From IMG/VR virus record IMGVR_UViG_3300028591_000127, positions 1-64,000 of that record: a stretch of DNA of 64,000 nucleotides. One strand, 5' to 3'. Shown in pieces: positions 46,552 through 56,644 of this stretch; within the stretch, counting starts at the first letter, position 1; each line of letters begins with the position of its first letter. This DNA is from a virus. Its lineage: Duplodnaviria; Caudoviricetes. The notes under the pieces were generated by a model, which was given only the letters and a program-made list of their open reading frames with translations, was not told the origin of the DNA and made no database searches. Made by a program: the position numbers and the translations under genes.

Positions 46552-49500
46552 TGTGTATCTTAAACTCTATTTCACTTAAATTACTTGTAAAACTTCCCTT
46601 GCCTACGTTAAAGATTCTAACAATGTAAACGCCAGGATTACCTGAAGCACCATATAAGCTAGTTTCTTCAACAGGTCCAAAGACAGTCATATCTCTGAGA
46701 GTACCAAAAACCTGAACCTCTTCATTTCCTTCATAGGGCCCAAACCACGTACTTGTTCCAGCAGGTCTGAACGAGATTTTAGGAGTTATATTGAGATCCT
46801 GAGTATAGATTTTAAACTCAGCCTTACTCAGGTTAGCTCTATAAGTATCTGGGTCAGCGACATCGACAGGTACAGCTATTTCACTATACTTTGGAACTGT
46901 AAAATATGGAGTCTTCACATCAAAGCCTTCATTGAAGATGCACCTAAATGTCATTTCAACAGTGTAGGTCTTCTCAAAGTAAAGTTTATATACTGGGGCA
47001 GCATTAAGATAAAGTTTGTCTGTTATTATGACATTACCATTACTAGTCTGCTCAAAACCAAGTAGAGTGTCTTCTTCGTCTCTTACATTAATATTAGAAA
47101 CGTACTCTCTGGTGACATTAACGAGGTTTATTCTATAGGTCAATATAGATCTACCTTCTAAACTTGAGATTGTGATAGCGTAAGACCTTCCAGCAACTAT
47201 TCTATCAGAGGCCTCACTATAAGAGGTACTGAAATTAACAGTTTCTTGTCTTTTTCCCCCATCAATATAGACCTGGAACGTAGGAGCCATTTCATAAGGA
47301 CCAAATTCTACATAAACAGTTCTATCCTCTCTAATGGTATCCCAAAGATCATATTCTCTACTTTTTACTACCAGGTTATCAGTACTTTGGTTGGTTGATC
47401 TAGTCTCAATAAACTCTTTCAGTGTTATAGTGCCCTCTTCATATTTTGTTCCAGACACTCTATAATCATAATTATTTAAAGTGGCTGCTGTATACTGAGT
47501 TTTATCTGTTACTCTATTGACTATTAAGATCTTATCATCCTGTTTTAGTACTTCAGCTTTATCCCACAACACTGCTCTTTTCGCAACTTTAATGCTGCTG
47601 GCCACATTGGATGCAGTAGCTATAACAATACCGTTAAATTTACTATAGAGCTTACTAAAATTTGCAGAGCTAGCATTTAGGATAGTGCTGTTAGGCAGAA
47701 CGTTAGTTTCTTTAGTGGAGGCTTTATTAATAATCTTATATTGAGCTGAATCAAGATAAGATTTATCGACGGTAAATCTACTCTTATTAGCGAGTGTTGC
47801 AACGCTCTTCTCCATTGATACACTAGCTTTTACATTAGCAACCGACGAAACTACTGAACTTTTCTTAACATCAAAGGCAATAGTATTAAGTAGGGCCTCA
47901 TTACTTTTTGTGTAAGGTTCAAGTTTCAATATTCTAATTGGATCTTCCTTAAACTCTCTTGACTCTGTATAGACTCTCTTCAGTATATAACCAGGCGCAG
48001 CTCTAAATCCTATAGATGTTTGGGTAGTATCGCTATTAACAGTCAATTTCTTTGGTGTTAGGATCTCGCCACCCTCTGAAACAACAATATTTATGGTATC
48101 TGTTTTCCAAGCTCTCATATTATCTAAGCCTGACCACTTTGGTGAAATATCGGGAAAGCTATTGACATTATTATTATCAACACTAATATAATACTTTCCT
48201 TTATATCTAACAAGCTCACCAGAAGAATAAACTCTAGAAACTAGCCAAGTATCATAAAGTTCAACCCAATAGTAGAGATAGTCTGTATAAGTGATTCCGT
48301 AATTATGACTATAGTTTATAGTTCTTGATAGCTCAACTTCAGGCTTTTCTCCGGGCCTATGAAGGTATGAATCTTCTCTTGTTGCAATATAAGACTTATC
48401 ACCTATTAGAACCTCGTCACCTTTCCTAATTACACCAGTTTTATTATTCAGTACTATTCCCTCTCGGGCAACACCTAAATCAGTTTCAGGGTGTACATTA
48501 AGAGATGCATTAATCCACTCAAAGATTATATTTCCTGTTGTTGTAGTTGTCCAATCAGAGCTTCCTACATACCTGATATAAGAGGTTTGAGTAGAAACTT
48601 TACCAGATTCATATACAACAGCCTTATATTTTCCGTTTATTTCTACTATTTGTCCTAATAAGAATCGTTCTTTTTCGCTCTTAGGGACAAAAGTCTGAAG
48701 TCCGGCATAATTCCTAATTAACTCTCTAAGGCCAGGATAATCTTCGTAGGTTCTTGTAAATCTTTTATTGCCAAGTAAAGTTCCAGAATTACCATCAAAG
48801 GTATATTGACCATCTCGTTTTAGATACTCTCCAGAACCTTTTCCGATTTTATGAAAGTCATCTTCTCTTAAGAGGTAAGTATTTTTATTTCTTTCTGGAT
48901 TATTTGAGCTAAGCCAGTTTTGATAAGAAATATTAATACTAACCACTTCACCCTCTGGAGAAATTATAAACCAGAGTACTTTTCTAGCGTGGATATTATT
49001 AAGGATCTCAATTTCGTATTCAAATTGACCAGGTATGTCTTCAACTAAGTCTTCTTTGCCGATAATTTCATTGACGAGATATACCTTATTATAGTTTTCA
49101 GGGACATCAATCATAACTAATCTCTGATCACCTATATTTGTCAGACTAAAGAATTGAGCCTCTAATCTTTCAAACCCACCATAGTTACCACAACAATATA
49201 CGCCTTCTAATGAACAGCCGTGAAATTCATAGAGTCTAAAGAAATTTGAATTTTCTCTTTTTATTTTTCTAAGTCTTTCACAGATTATTTCATCTATGAG
49301 GATTGTATAAACTTCTTTATCAGATACTTTCTCTTTACCTATAGTAACGCTTGACATCCCCATTCTAGGATTCTCAGAAAGAATCTCCTTACTGACATGG
49401 GCCTGTATGGCATCTGTTTCAAAAGTATAATCCCAGGTGTTCAAAAAGTCGTTATCTTTCTTAACAATAATTTTTATATAATCACCAATCTTAAAGTCAG

Positions 49501-49861
49501 GTAATGAAGCCCCTAGGATATACTTTTCATCCTCATAAAGAGCTGTAGAATCTAGGGTCACCATCCTAATTTCATCGACGGTATTAGTGGGAAAGAAGGT
49601 TTTAGAAATCTTGTCTATTTCCCAAGGATCCTTAAATTCTTCACTTGCGTTCTCTAAATACTCGAGATTAAAGGTATCGTTGTAGTTATCTTTTTGTAGG
49701 AGATTCTCTAAATTATATTCACCAAGATCAGCTACTCGCCCCAGTAACTTCTCATCACTTCCTCGATATTGAAGAATAGTAGAGCTTCCCCCTGTTATAG
49801 CAACAGTTTTAATGTCACTTATATGAGATCCAGAGGCAGTAATATTTAAGTTATTAGTCAT
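46541..49861 (-). CDS. Putative baseplate/tail protein (1106 aa) with a CBM5/12-like motif
   Basis: WLVSRVYSSGELVRYKGKYYIS...PDISPKW; follows baseplate genes. Confidence 0.55.
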   Translation of the reverse strand: MTNNLNITASGSHISDIKTVAITGGSSTILQYRGSDEKLLGRVADLGEYNLENLLQKDNYNDTFNLEYLENASEEFKDPWEIDKISKTFFPTNTVDEIRMVTLDSTALYEDEKYILGASLPDFKIGDYIKIIVKKDNDFLNTWDYTFETDAIQAHVSKEILSENPRMGMSSVTIGKEKVSDKEVYTILIDEIICERLRKIKRENSNFFRLYEFHGCSLEGVYCCGNYGGFERLEAQFFSLTNIGDQRLVMIDVPENYNKVYLVNEIIGKEDLVEDIPGQFEYEIEILNNIHARKVLWFIISPEGEVVSINISYQNWLSSNNPERNKNTYLLREDDFHKIGKGSGEYLKRDGQYTFDGNSGTLLGNKRFTRTYEDYPGLRELIRNYAGLQTFVPKSEKERFLLGQIVEINGKYKAVVYESGKVSTQTSYIRYVGSSDWTTTTTGNIIFEWINASLNVHPETDLGVAREGIVLNNKTGVIRKGDEVLIGDKSYIATREDSYLHRPGEKPEVELSRTINYSHNYGITYTDYLYYWVELYDTWLVSRVYSSGELVRYKGKYYISVDNNNVNSFPDISPKWSGLDNMRAWKTDTINIVVSEGGEILTPKKLTVNSDTTQTSIGFRAAPGYILKRVYTESREFKEDPIRILKLEPYTKSNEALLNTIAFDVKKSSVVSSVANVKASVSMEKSVATLANKSRFTVDKSYLDSAQYKIINKASTKETNVLPNSTILNASSANFSKLYSKFNGIVIATASNVASSIKVAKRAVLWDKAEVLKQDDKILIVNRVTDKTQYTAATLNNYDYRVSGTKYEEGTITLKEFIETRSTNQSTDNLVVKSREYDLWDTIREDRTVYVEFGPYEMAPTFQVYIDGGKRQETVNFSTSYSEASDRIVAGRSYAITISSLEGRSILTYRINLVNVTREYVSNINVRDEEDTLLGFEQTSNGNVIITDKLYLNAAPVYKLYFEKTYTVEMTFRCIFNEGFDVKTPYFTVPKYSEIAVPVDVADPDTYRANLSKAEFKIYTQDLNITPKISFRPAGTSTWFGPYEGNEEVQVFGTLRDMTVFGPVEETSLYGASGNPGVYIVRIFNVGKGSFTSNLSEIEFKIHNDN

Positions 49862-50408
49862 AGAAGCTGGTTGTATCTACGGTTAATGTTCGTGTAGTAT
49901 AGGCTGTTCCTCCAAAAGTAAGTTGTCCTGAAAAATTGTCAAGAAACTTAAAGGAAGATTCATCTATATTAATATTGATTTGAAGGAAGTATAGAAGAGC
50001 CCCAAGGAATTCTTCAAAATATTTACAGAACCTATCTCTATCAATTCCCTCTGGAGTGCTTGTTAATCTAATAGTACAAACACCTCCGTTATAAAATAGG
50101 GGTTCTTCTAAGCTTCCTAGATTTATAATATTGTATTGTGTTAAGAGATTGAAGACTGTAAAAGTTCCCTTGACTGTATAGAAAGAGTGAGCCAGGTAAT
50201 TTATGTTTCCCTCTCTTGTTTTCTCATTCTCATTAGGGATAGCGTAATCTAAAAATCTATATACGGGATCATTCTTCACTCTCCATTCATACAGAGAATC
50301 AAGGTCGTTGAGGTCTGATGAATAGGTTGTGTTGTAAGCCCCCAATAGATTGACTAGCTGCTTTACTATTGGTATTTCCCTAAGATTTTTCTTTATATAG
50401 ATTTTCAT
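49854..50408 (-). CDS. Putative baseplate wedge protein (184 aa)
   Basis: FYTVKGT motif; position after the J/gp6-like gene. Confidence 0.45.
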   Translation of the reverse strand: MKIYIKKNLREIPIVKQLVNLLGAYNTTYSSDLNDLDSLYEWRVKNDPVYRFLDYAIPNENEKTREGNINYLAHSFYTVKGTFTVFNLLTQYNIINLGSLEEPLFYNGGVCTIRLTSTPEGIDRDRFCKYFEEFLGALLYFLQININIDESSFKFLDNFSGQLTFGGTAYTTRTLTVDTTSFYD

Positions 50409-52246
50409 TTCACAACGCTAGTAGTTATTGTGTAATTTATAGAGTAATAGGCATCAATCCCATGAGTATTAAGAATCGACTCTTCATCCACGGACCTACC
50501 CTCTGGAGTCTTATAGGTTATTGAAATCCTCTTAATCTTCTTAACATTTTCAAGCTTTCCAATATAAGCTTCAATTTCTTTTATTGTAGACTCATCAAAC
50601 TTAATACCAAACTTTTGCTGATAATATTTCTTGAGGATATTTGTTCCAATCAAGTCTTCATAATTCTCAGCCTCATTTCTAAACAATTCAACGTGGATAT
50701 CGAAGTTAGCAATATAGGCCTGTCCTTGATTAATATTAATATCATCAATAACGTAATAAGCTAAGTTATTCTGCTTAAAGGTATTAATCTCTTCGTCTGT
50801 CAAAAGTTGTGAACCTTTTGGAATATAATAGATGCTGATTACACTTGGTCTCGTACTATTACTGTTACTCTCAAAGCTGTAGATTGTTCCTCCAGCCATA
50901 ATTTTCTCTGGGTAAATTTCCTCTAATACAGTACCAATATCACTATTACTTCTTAGAATACTATTAACGAATCTATCACGAGAAGCTTTATAGTGAATAG
51001 TATTAAGGTCATCTGGATCTACTCCATCAACAAAACACATACCAGTAGTCCCTTCAAACGGAGTCAAACACTCTGTTCTAAGAAAGGGATTTTGATGTAT
51101 TGTTCCTAATGAGTCAGTAATATTCCCATAATCTAAATACTCAGCACCTTGAAGATTAAGTCTTCTCAGCTCATTGTTATTGTATTGTTCCAGCTTAGAG
51201 AAACCGAAGAACTTAGCGTAAACCCTTGTCGATGTGGCAGTAGGATCAAAGTTGGAATCTCTGTTTGCTTTGTTAGAATTATAATAATTAGCAATATAAA
51301 GTCTAGAACCAAAAGATGGTAAGGTCAGATCAAAGACATTACCTGTTAAGATATGCTCTGAAAATATTCTTGTTACATTGGCGGGCTTCATATCACTGAG
51401 AAGAGCTGATTTATTACCACTTTCTACAACTTGGCCAAGCTTTACAAAAACATCTGACGAAAGATTATCAGATATACAGTCAACATAGTAAGTATTACTT
51501 ATATCTACGTCAACATTATCAATTTCCAGAGACTCGCCCGTTCTTTTAGGGGCTATTAGGCACTTAATAAGCTGAATTCCTGATACTGACTCATCTTCTT
51601 CCTCTGTATTTTCATCATCAGTAAGAAGAGTTGGATAAAAGGTAGCAGTATTATAATTCCAATCTCCAGAAAATCTATAGTCAAGAGTTAGTTGATCTAT
51701 TGATACTTTGCCTGGCTTACTATATTTATAAATAGTTCCAGCAGCATTATCAACAATCATATTCTGGCTGGCATCATCAATACAAATAATACTATAGCCT
51801 TTTTTCCTCATTTCGTTTTCGTATGAGATCTCCTGTGAACTACTACTTGAGGATCCCATAGTTGTTGTTCCCCCTCTCACAATCTCGTCGTTCAGAATAT
51901 TCTTGATTTGATAATAACCAAGATAATAAACTTTGAAATTTTGAGATTCAATAAGGGTATCATAAGGATTTAAAGTCAGATATTTAGTGGGTCTGATTTT
52001 AAGAAAAACTCTTGGACAACTTCCTCTAAAAACTGAGTACATATTATCCATGCAGTGTTGGATCTTAGAGTTTATCAAAGCTGCCTTTTCAATTGAAGAT
52101 TCTTTAAGATAGGATATATTTTCTACTTCATTTATATAGGTAGCATTACTTAGCAACTGTACAAGGAGCTCAACTGATTCACCCTTTAAGCCAATATTTT
52201 TAGCAACCTGATTATACCTATCTATATAATCTTGTACTGTTCTCAT
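50405..52246 (-). CDS. Putative baseplate wedge protein (T4 gp6/P2 J-like, 613 aa)
   Basis: N-terminal LKESSIEKAALINSKIQHC resembles the gp6 N-terminus; follows a gp25-like gene. Confidence 0.55.
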   Translation of the reverse strand: MRTVQDYIDRYNQVAKNIGLKGESVELLVQLLSNATYINEVENISYLKESSIEKAALINSKIQHCMDNMYSVFRGSCPRVFLKIRPTKYLTLNPYDTLIESQNFKVYYLGYYQIKNILNDEIVRGGTTTMGSSSSSSQEISYENEMRKKGYSIICIDDASQNMIVDNAAGTIYKYSKPGKVSIDQLTLDYRFSGDWNYNTATFYPTLLTDDENTEEEDESVSGIQLIKCLIAPKRTGESLEIDNVDVDISNTYYVDCISDNLSSDVFVKLGQVVESGNKSALLSDMKPANVTRIFSEHILTGNVFDLTLPSFGSRLYIANYYNSNKANRDSNFDPTATSTRVYAKFFGFSKLEQYNNNELRRLNLQGAEYLDYGNITDSLGTIHQNPFLRTECLTPFEGTTGMCFVDGVDPDDLNTIHYKASRDRFVNSILRSNSDIGTVLEEIYPEKIMAGGTIYSFESNSNSTRPSVISIYYIPKGSQLLTDEEINTFKQNNLAYYVIDDININQGQAYIANFDIHVELFRNEAENYEDLIGTNILKKYYQQKFGIKFDESTIKEIEAYIGKLENVKKIKRISITYKTPEGRSVDEESILNTHGIDAYYSINYTITTSVVK

Positions 52247-52578
52247 AATTCGATAGTAAAGGTCTCTATTGTTTCATTAACGGAGACTGTCAACCTAGCT
52301 TTCTCCGCGTCAAGTAGTTCAATGCTGTCTAAAGTTAAGGTAACGTTATCGTTATCAGCAAACTTACTATTGATTGTTCTAACTAAAGAATCAATCCTGT
52401 TGCTTATTTCATTTTTCAAGTCACCTTTTTTAGTGTCTGTTAAGATAAAATCAAATCCCATATTAGACCCAGGGATATCCTTTGGGTAAATACTGAGATA
52501 GAGTTTAAACAAGTCTAAGATATACAGCTCTACTCTTTCAGTACTTCCTCCAGTACTAAGTAAATATTTAGTTTTCAT
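52243..52578 (-). CDS. Putative gp25-like baseplate/sheath initiator (111 aa)
   Basis: Size, DIPGSNMGFD motif, synteny. Confidence 0.45.
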   Translation of the reverse strand: MKTKYLLSTGGSTERVELYILDLFKLYLSIYPKDIPGSNMGFDFILTDTKKGDLKNEISNRIDSLVRTINSKFADNDNVTLTLDSIELLDAEKARLTVSVNETIETFTIEL

Positions 52579-53075
52579 TCTATTGATACAAATGTAGCTG
52601 CCCCTGAATAGGTAGCATGAGATCCTGGAACTGTGTCTGTAGCTTTCTTAATTCCTGCTATAATTTCTTTACAGACAGATACCATGGCATCTTGCTGGTT
52701 ATCTGCCTTACTTGCTGTAATGTTGATTGTGGGAATTACGTAAGCAGGGGGTAGTGCAAATCCAGTCGGCCATACAACTTCCCAAGTTTTAGCATTATCA
52801 TTTAAGTCTGAACTAAATTTAGCTAAAGCACTGGAACAATCTGAAGCACCACTAGGACTTAAGGATCCAGCTGTTTTCAGATTAGTAATAATTTCGACCA
52901 TTGGATCTGGAGTAGCTTCAGGGTCAACAGCTGACCAAGCATAAGTTACTACAGCATTACCCTCTACATATTCACAAAGAGCTGCATAGAATTTGTTGTT
53001 AGCATCAGAGGCATCAGTACTCTTATTGATTCGACTAATTATAGCGTTAGCCATCGCTTCTGCTGTCATAGCCAT
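52575..53075 (-). CDS. Hypothetical baseplate-region protein (166 aa)
   Basis: ORF track. Confidence 0.6.
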   Translation of the reverse strand: MAMTAEAMANAIISRINKSTDASDANNKFYAALCEYVEGNAVVTYAWSAVDPEATPDPMVEIITNLKTAGSLSPSGASDCSSALAKFSSDLNDNAKTWEVVWPTGFALPPAYVIPTINITASKADNQQDAMVSVCKEIIAGIKKATDTVPGSHATYSGAATFVSIE

Positions 53076-53082
53076 AGTACTA

Positions 53083-54399
53083 TCAATTACCTCCTTTCTT
53101 AGCTAATCTATCTTTTTCTGTTAGTCCACCAAAAATAGTTTCATATTCTGGTTTCCAATTATCATTTAACCTTAGTTTTGGGAGAAATTCTATTAATTTA
53201 TTTAAATGATTTTTCCCTTTGGTTATAGAACAATATGACTTAAGCACTAAATTTTTGTAATCTTCCCAGTTTGATATTTTTTCTTGAGACCTCAAGTTAG
53301 TTTTTATAGATCTAATGATAGATAAAACAGTAGTTTTCTCAGAATTATTTGAAATGGAAAGTTTCTTCTTTGCCTCTTCTTTTCTCTGTTTTTTACTGAT
53401 TTCAAATTTTTTATCAATAAATTCTATAGTTAGACCTCCAAAAAGAAGTTCCAGTTGTGGTGTCCATCGACTATCTTCTTTTAATTTAGGAAGTATTTTC
53501 ATTAATCGATAAAAATGTCTTTCTGCGCCAGATATATCACTATAAGCTGATAATATTATCTCGTAGTATTCATCAAAAGATTTTATATCTTTTTTGGATT
53601 TAGACATATTTTTTTCGAGCTGATTAAATGTTTTAGTTATCGTAAGGTTATTAACAGCTTTCTCCCTATTCTCTGGGGTATTGCATACTCCCATAGGGTC
53701 TCCGTACTCTTCTATATTTTTGTTTACCATCCTTTGAATTGCTTCTTTAGATGCATTTGGTCCATGAAGAGTACCATATTTTTCTAAGTTAGTTTGTCTT
53801 CGTTTTTCATTAGCTTCTGGAGTGAATGCATTAATAAAACCTCCATGACCATATCGTTCTTCTTTAGTTTTGTTTCCTTTTGCAAAAGCTTCTGGTGTAT
53901 GGCAGTTAACAAAAGTTTCTCCATATAGTCTTCTACGAGTTTCGAGCGATCTTTCAATAGATTCTCGACAACTTACGCTCATATCATCGGCGCCCCATGT
54001 TAGGTTATATCCGAAGCAGTCTGGATCTTTGACACAAGTATGCAGAGTTTTTATCCAGTAAACTTCTTTTTCATTTAGTTCTTCTCGATTTTTTCCTACA
54101 TCTATTATATATACGATAAACGACTCGAGACCATATTTTTTCCAAGCCCTATATAAAGCTCGTGTCTCATTTAATTCTTCAGAAACAAATCTGTTGTAGT
54201 CTCTGAAATGTCCTACATAGGTTTTACTAAATCTGTTTCTTACTTGGACAGTTTGACCTATATAATTTTTACCATTTACGTTGTTATGTACACAGTATAT
54301 AACATTTTCCATCAAAAAACCTTCTGGAAATTTGTTATCATAGGCATCAAGAAGGCTCATTGTTGATAAAATGTTTACTTCTATATTATTTAGTATCAT
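53083..54399 (-). CDS. Free-standing GIY-YIG homing endonuclease (438 aa)
   Basis: VIYCVHNNVNGKNYIGQT..R...LNEKEVYWI...GYN, followed by T-x-x-x-x-YG repeats; Lys-rich, unlike neighbours. Confidence 0.85.
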   Translation of the reverse strand: MILNNIEVNILSTMSLLDAYDNKFPEGFLMENVIYCVHNNVNGKNYIGQTVQVRNRFSKTYVGHFRDYNRFVSEELNETRALYRAWKKYGLESFIVYIIDVGKNREELNEKEVYWIKTLHTCVKDPDCFGYNLTWGADDMSVSCRESIERSLETRRRLYGETFVNCHTPEAFAKGNKTKEERYGHGGFINAFTPEANEKRRQTNLEKYGTLHGPNASKEAIQRMVNKNIEEYGDPMGVCNTPENREKAVNNLTITKTFNQLEKNMSKSKKDIKSFDEYYEIILSAYSDISGAERHFYRLMKILPKLKEDSRWTPQLELLFGGLTIEFIDKKFEISKKQRKEEAKKKLSISNNSEKTTVLSIIRSIKTNLRSQEKISNWEDYKNLVLKSYCSITKGKNHLNKLIEFLPKLRLNDNWKPEYETIFGGLTEKDRLAKKGGN

Positions 54400-54403
54400 A
54401 GTC

Positions 54404-55168
54404 CTAGTTATTTAGTGATTTGGATGATGATTGCGCCGCACCTGTAAAGCAGCAGAAAGGAATTCCACACCAAGCTCCACGTCCTTCTGGAGTTGGGGTT
54501 CCGGCTACTGTTACTGAAGCTCCAGTAATTTTAACATCAGGTGAATCTATTGTACATGATCCACTTACTTTAGCACTCAAAGATTTTCCAACCTTAGCGT
54601 CAACATTACCATCAACTTTTATCGTTGTGTTTCCATTTACCGTTATGTCAGAGTTACCTTTAACTACGGCTGTAAAGTTTCCATCGATATTAACTTCGTG
54701 GTCCTTAGTTATATGCACTTTTCCAGCGCCTTCCATCTCTACCTCTAAGTTACCTTCCTTGTCTATTTTAATCCAGGAAGTACAATCTGGTGTTGGTTTT
54801 GAGTCTTCTTTATCGTCATACCACTCTCCCTTATCTGTATCTGGGAAAATTAAATCCTTGCCATTATTTGAATTATTGGCATCGACAGGGATAATACCAA
54901 TCTGAATAAAATCCTCTTTTATCCAAATCTTCTTACCCCTTGATCGAATACCTATAAAATCGTTCTCTTTTAGCTTTTTATATAAATAGTATGAATGATA
55001 AATTGGGTCTACTTCCAACAACATTACATTATCCCCTACTCTTGGCTCATCTACCTCTCCTCTAAAAGGAAAAGCATTGAGTTTCTGATTTTTACCAGGG
55101 ATATCTACCTCAATCGTATAAAGATCGGGGTCTAATACTTGTGAAATAACACCAAAATAAGTTTCCAT
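54404..55168 (-). CDS. Baseplate central spike (gp5/gpV-like: OB-fold plus beta-helix), ~254 aa
   Basis: EPRVGDNV; 8-residue VxGN repeats (IDGNFTAVVKGNSDITVNGNTTIKVDGN); C-terminal Cys cluster. Confidence 0.75.
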   Translation of the reverse strand: METYFGVISQVLDPDLYTIEVDIPGKNQKLNAFPFRGEVDEPRVGDNVMLLEVDPIYHSYYLYKKLKENDFIGIRSRGKKIWIKEDFIQIGIIPVDANNSNNGKDLIFPDTDKGEWYDDKEDSKPTPDCTSWIKIDKEGNLEVEMEGAGKVHITKDHEVNIDGNFTAVVKGNSDITVNGNTTIKVDGNVDAKVGKSLSAKVSGSCTIDSPDVKITGASVTVAGTPTPEGRGAWCGIPFCCFTGAAQSSSKSLNN

Positions 55169-55172
55169 ATTA

Positions 55173-56336
55173 TTAAATTGAAACGCCCCTTGTAATATCA
55201 TCATCAGTACCCACATTATAGCCGCTTTTATCCTCAAGGCCAACGAGTACTGAATAATAGTCAAATTCTCCTTCACCAACCTCATTAGCTCCCCAAGAGA
55301 TTTCTAGTGAGTTTTCTTTGATGAGGTAAAGTCTCTGAATCACAGTCTTTGTTTTTCCATCTGCATAATCTTCCTCGATTGCAGGTTCATATATTGTTAC
55401 TACATCTCCAATCTCATACTTAGGAAAGAGTTTATTAACAATAGTCATGTGATGGAAGTAATTTGAGGACTGATATTTTCTATTAAAGACACCATTCTGA
55501 TAGAGTGGTTCATAGTCTTTTTGGAAGTAGTAATAATTCTTATATTTCTGATAGACTTTCAAATTTTTACTTTCCCAATTAGAATAATCAAGAACAGCCT
55601 CAGTATTTTCTGTGTCATTCCAGAGGTCAATTTCTTGGGCGTAGAGATCAGGTTTACTTGTATCCTCCTCTCTATAAAGATCTTTATCAATTTTATAGAG
55701 TGTTGGAGTTCCTAAGCTTAACGTTATCTTGTCTTTTTCATCTTTTTCACCTCTAGAATTAAATTCACCCATAGTATCTTTCAACAATAGGCCTTCCATT
55801 CCATAAGCGAATATACAGTCTCTCTTAAAGGAGTAGCAGAGTTTAGTACAAAAATCTGCATTAGTTTCATTATTCTGAAAATATCTAGGATCCTTAGAGA
55901 TATCAGACTTTATCTTTATTGATTTTTTCCAGGGATATAAGCTGTTAATGACATCAGCTATTGGGTCGTCGTAGTATAAAGTGATCTTCTCGTTATAGAA
56001 GTCTAACTTATTTATACAACAAAATTTAGCCTCAAAGTAGTTATTACTAAACTGGACATAGGAGTAGACACATAGTTTAATGATTCTTTTCATACCACTC
56101 TCTACGTGTCTAATCTCCAAATCTCCAGTTTTATATTTTTCTTTAAAGAACTCTATACTAGTGCCATCACCAACGTAAGTTAATCCCATTCTTCCCGTTG
56201 CCGGCTTTCCACCAAGCTCCTCATGAATCTTTATCCAATCTAGTTTAAAAGAGTTTTGAAACCAAGGTTGAAGATTGACCAATAAGTCTCTTGAATCATG
56301 AAAGCCTGAGGTCCATAGCTGTGAGTTATCTAGCAT
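55173..56336 (-). CDS. Putative baseplate hub protein (387 aa)
   Basis: YFQNNETNADF motif and position upstream of the spike gene. Confidence 0.55.
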   Translation of the reverse strand: MLDNSQLWTSGFHDSRDLLVNLQPWFQNSFKLDWIKIHEELGGKPATGRMGLTYVGDGTSIEFFKEKYKTGDLEIRHVESGMKRIIKLCVYSYVQFSNNYFEAKFCCINKLDFYNEKITLYYDDPIADVINSLYPWKKSIKIKSDISKDPRYFQNNETNADFCTKLCYSFKRDCIFAYGMEGLLLKDTMGEFNSRGEKDEKDKITLSLGTPTLYKIDKDLYREEDTSKPDLYAQEIDLWNDTENTEAVLDYSNWESKNLKVYQKYKNYYYFQKDYEPLYQNGVFNRKYQSSNYFHHMTIVNKLFPKYEIGDVVTIYEPAIEEDYADGKTKTVIQRLYLIKENSLEISWGANEVGEGEFDYYSVLVGLEDKSGYNVGTDDDITRGVSI

Positions 56337-56638
56337 TCTTTCAAAATTCTTATTAATACATCTCTTGGTAATACCTGAATAATAGCACCCTTCTTAAGAT
56401 CGCTCAGACTTACTCCACAAGAAAGCATAAAGAGGCCGAGAAGGTCGACATCATTATATAATTCCTCACAGATTAGGTCTGGGCGATACTCAAAGGTTCT
56501 AATTTCATAAGGTACTCTTTCTGAATGGGCATCACGAATCTTATCTAGAAGAACAGAGTTGAAGACATCGACACCATCAATATAAGTTGATAAGTCATCA
56601 TCCTTAGAGATGAAATTTTCCTTATTTCTCGTAAACAT
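56330..56638 (-). CDS. Putative gp53/LysM-like baseplate protein (102 aa)
   Basis: YRPDLICEELYND...LKKGAIIQV. Confidence 0.6.
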   Translation of the reverse strand: MFTRNKENFISKDDDLSTYIDGVDVFNSVLLDKIRDAHSERVPYEIRTFEYRPDLICEELYNDVDLLGLFMLSCGVSLSDLKKGAIIQVLPRDVLIRILKEC

Positions 56639-56644
56639 AGTATA

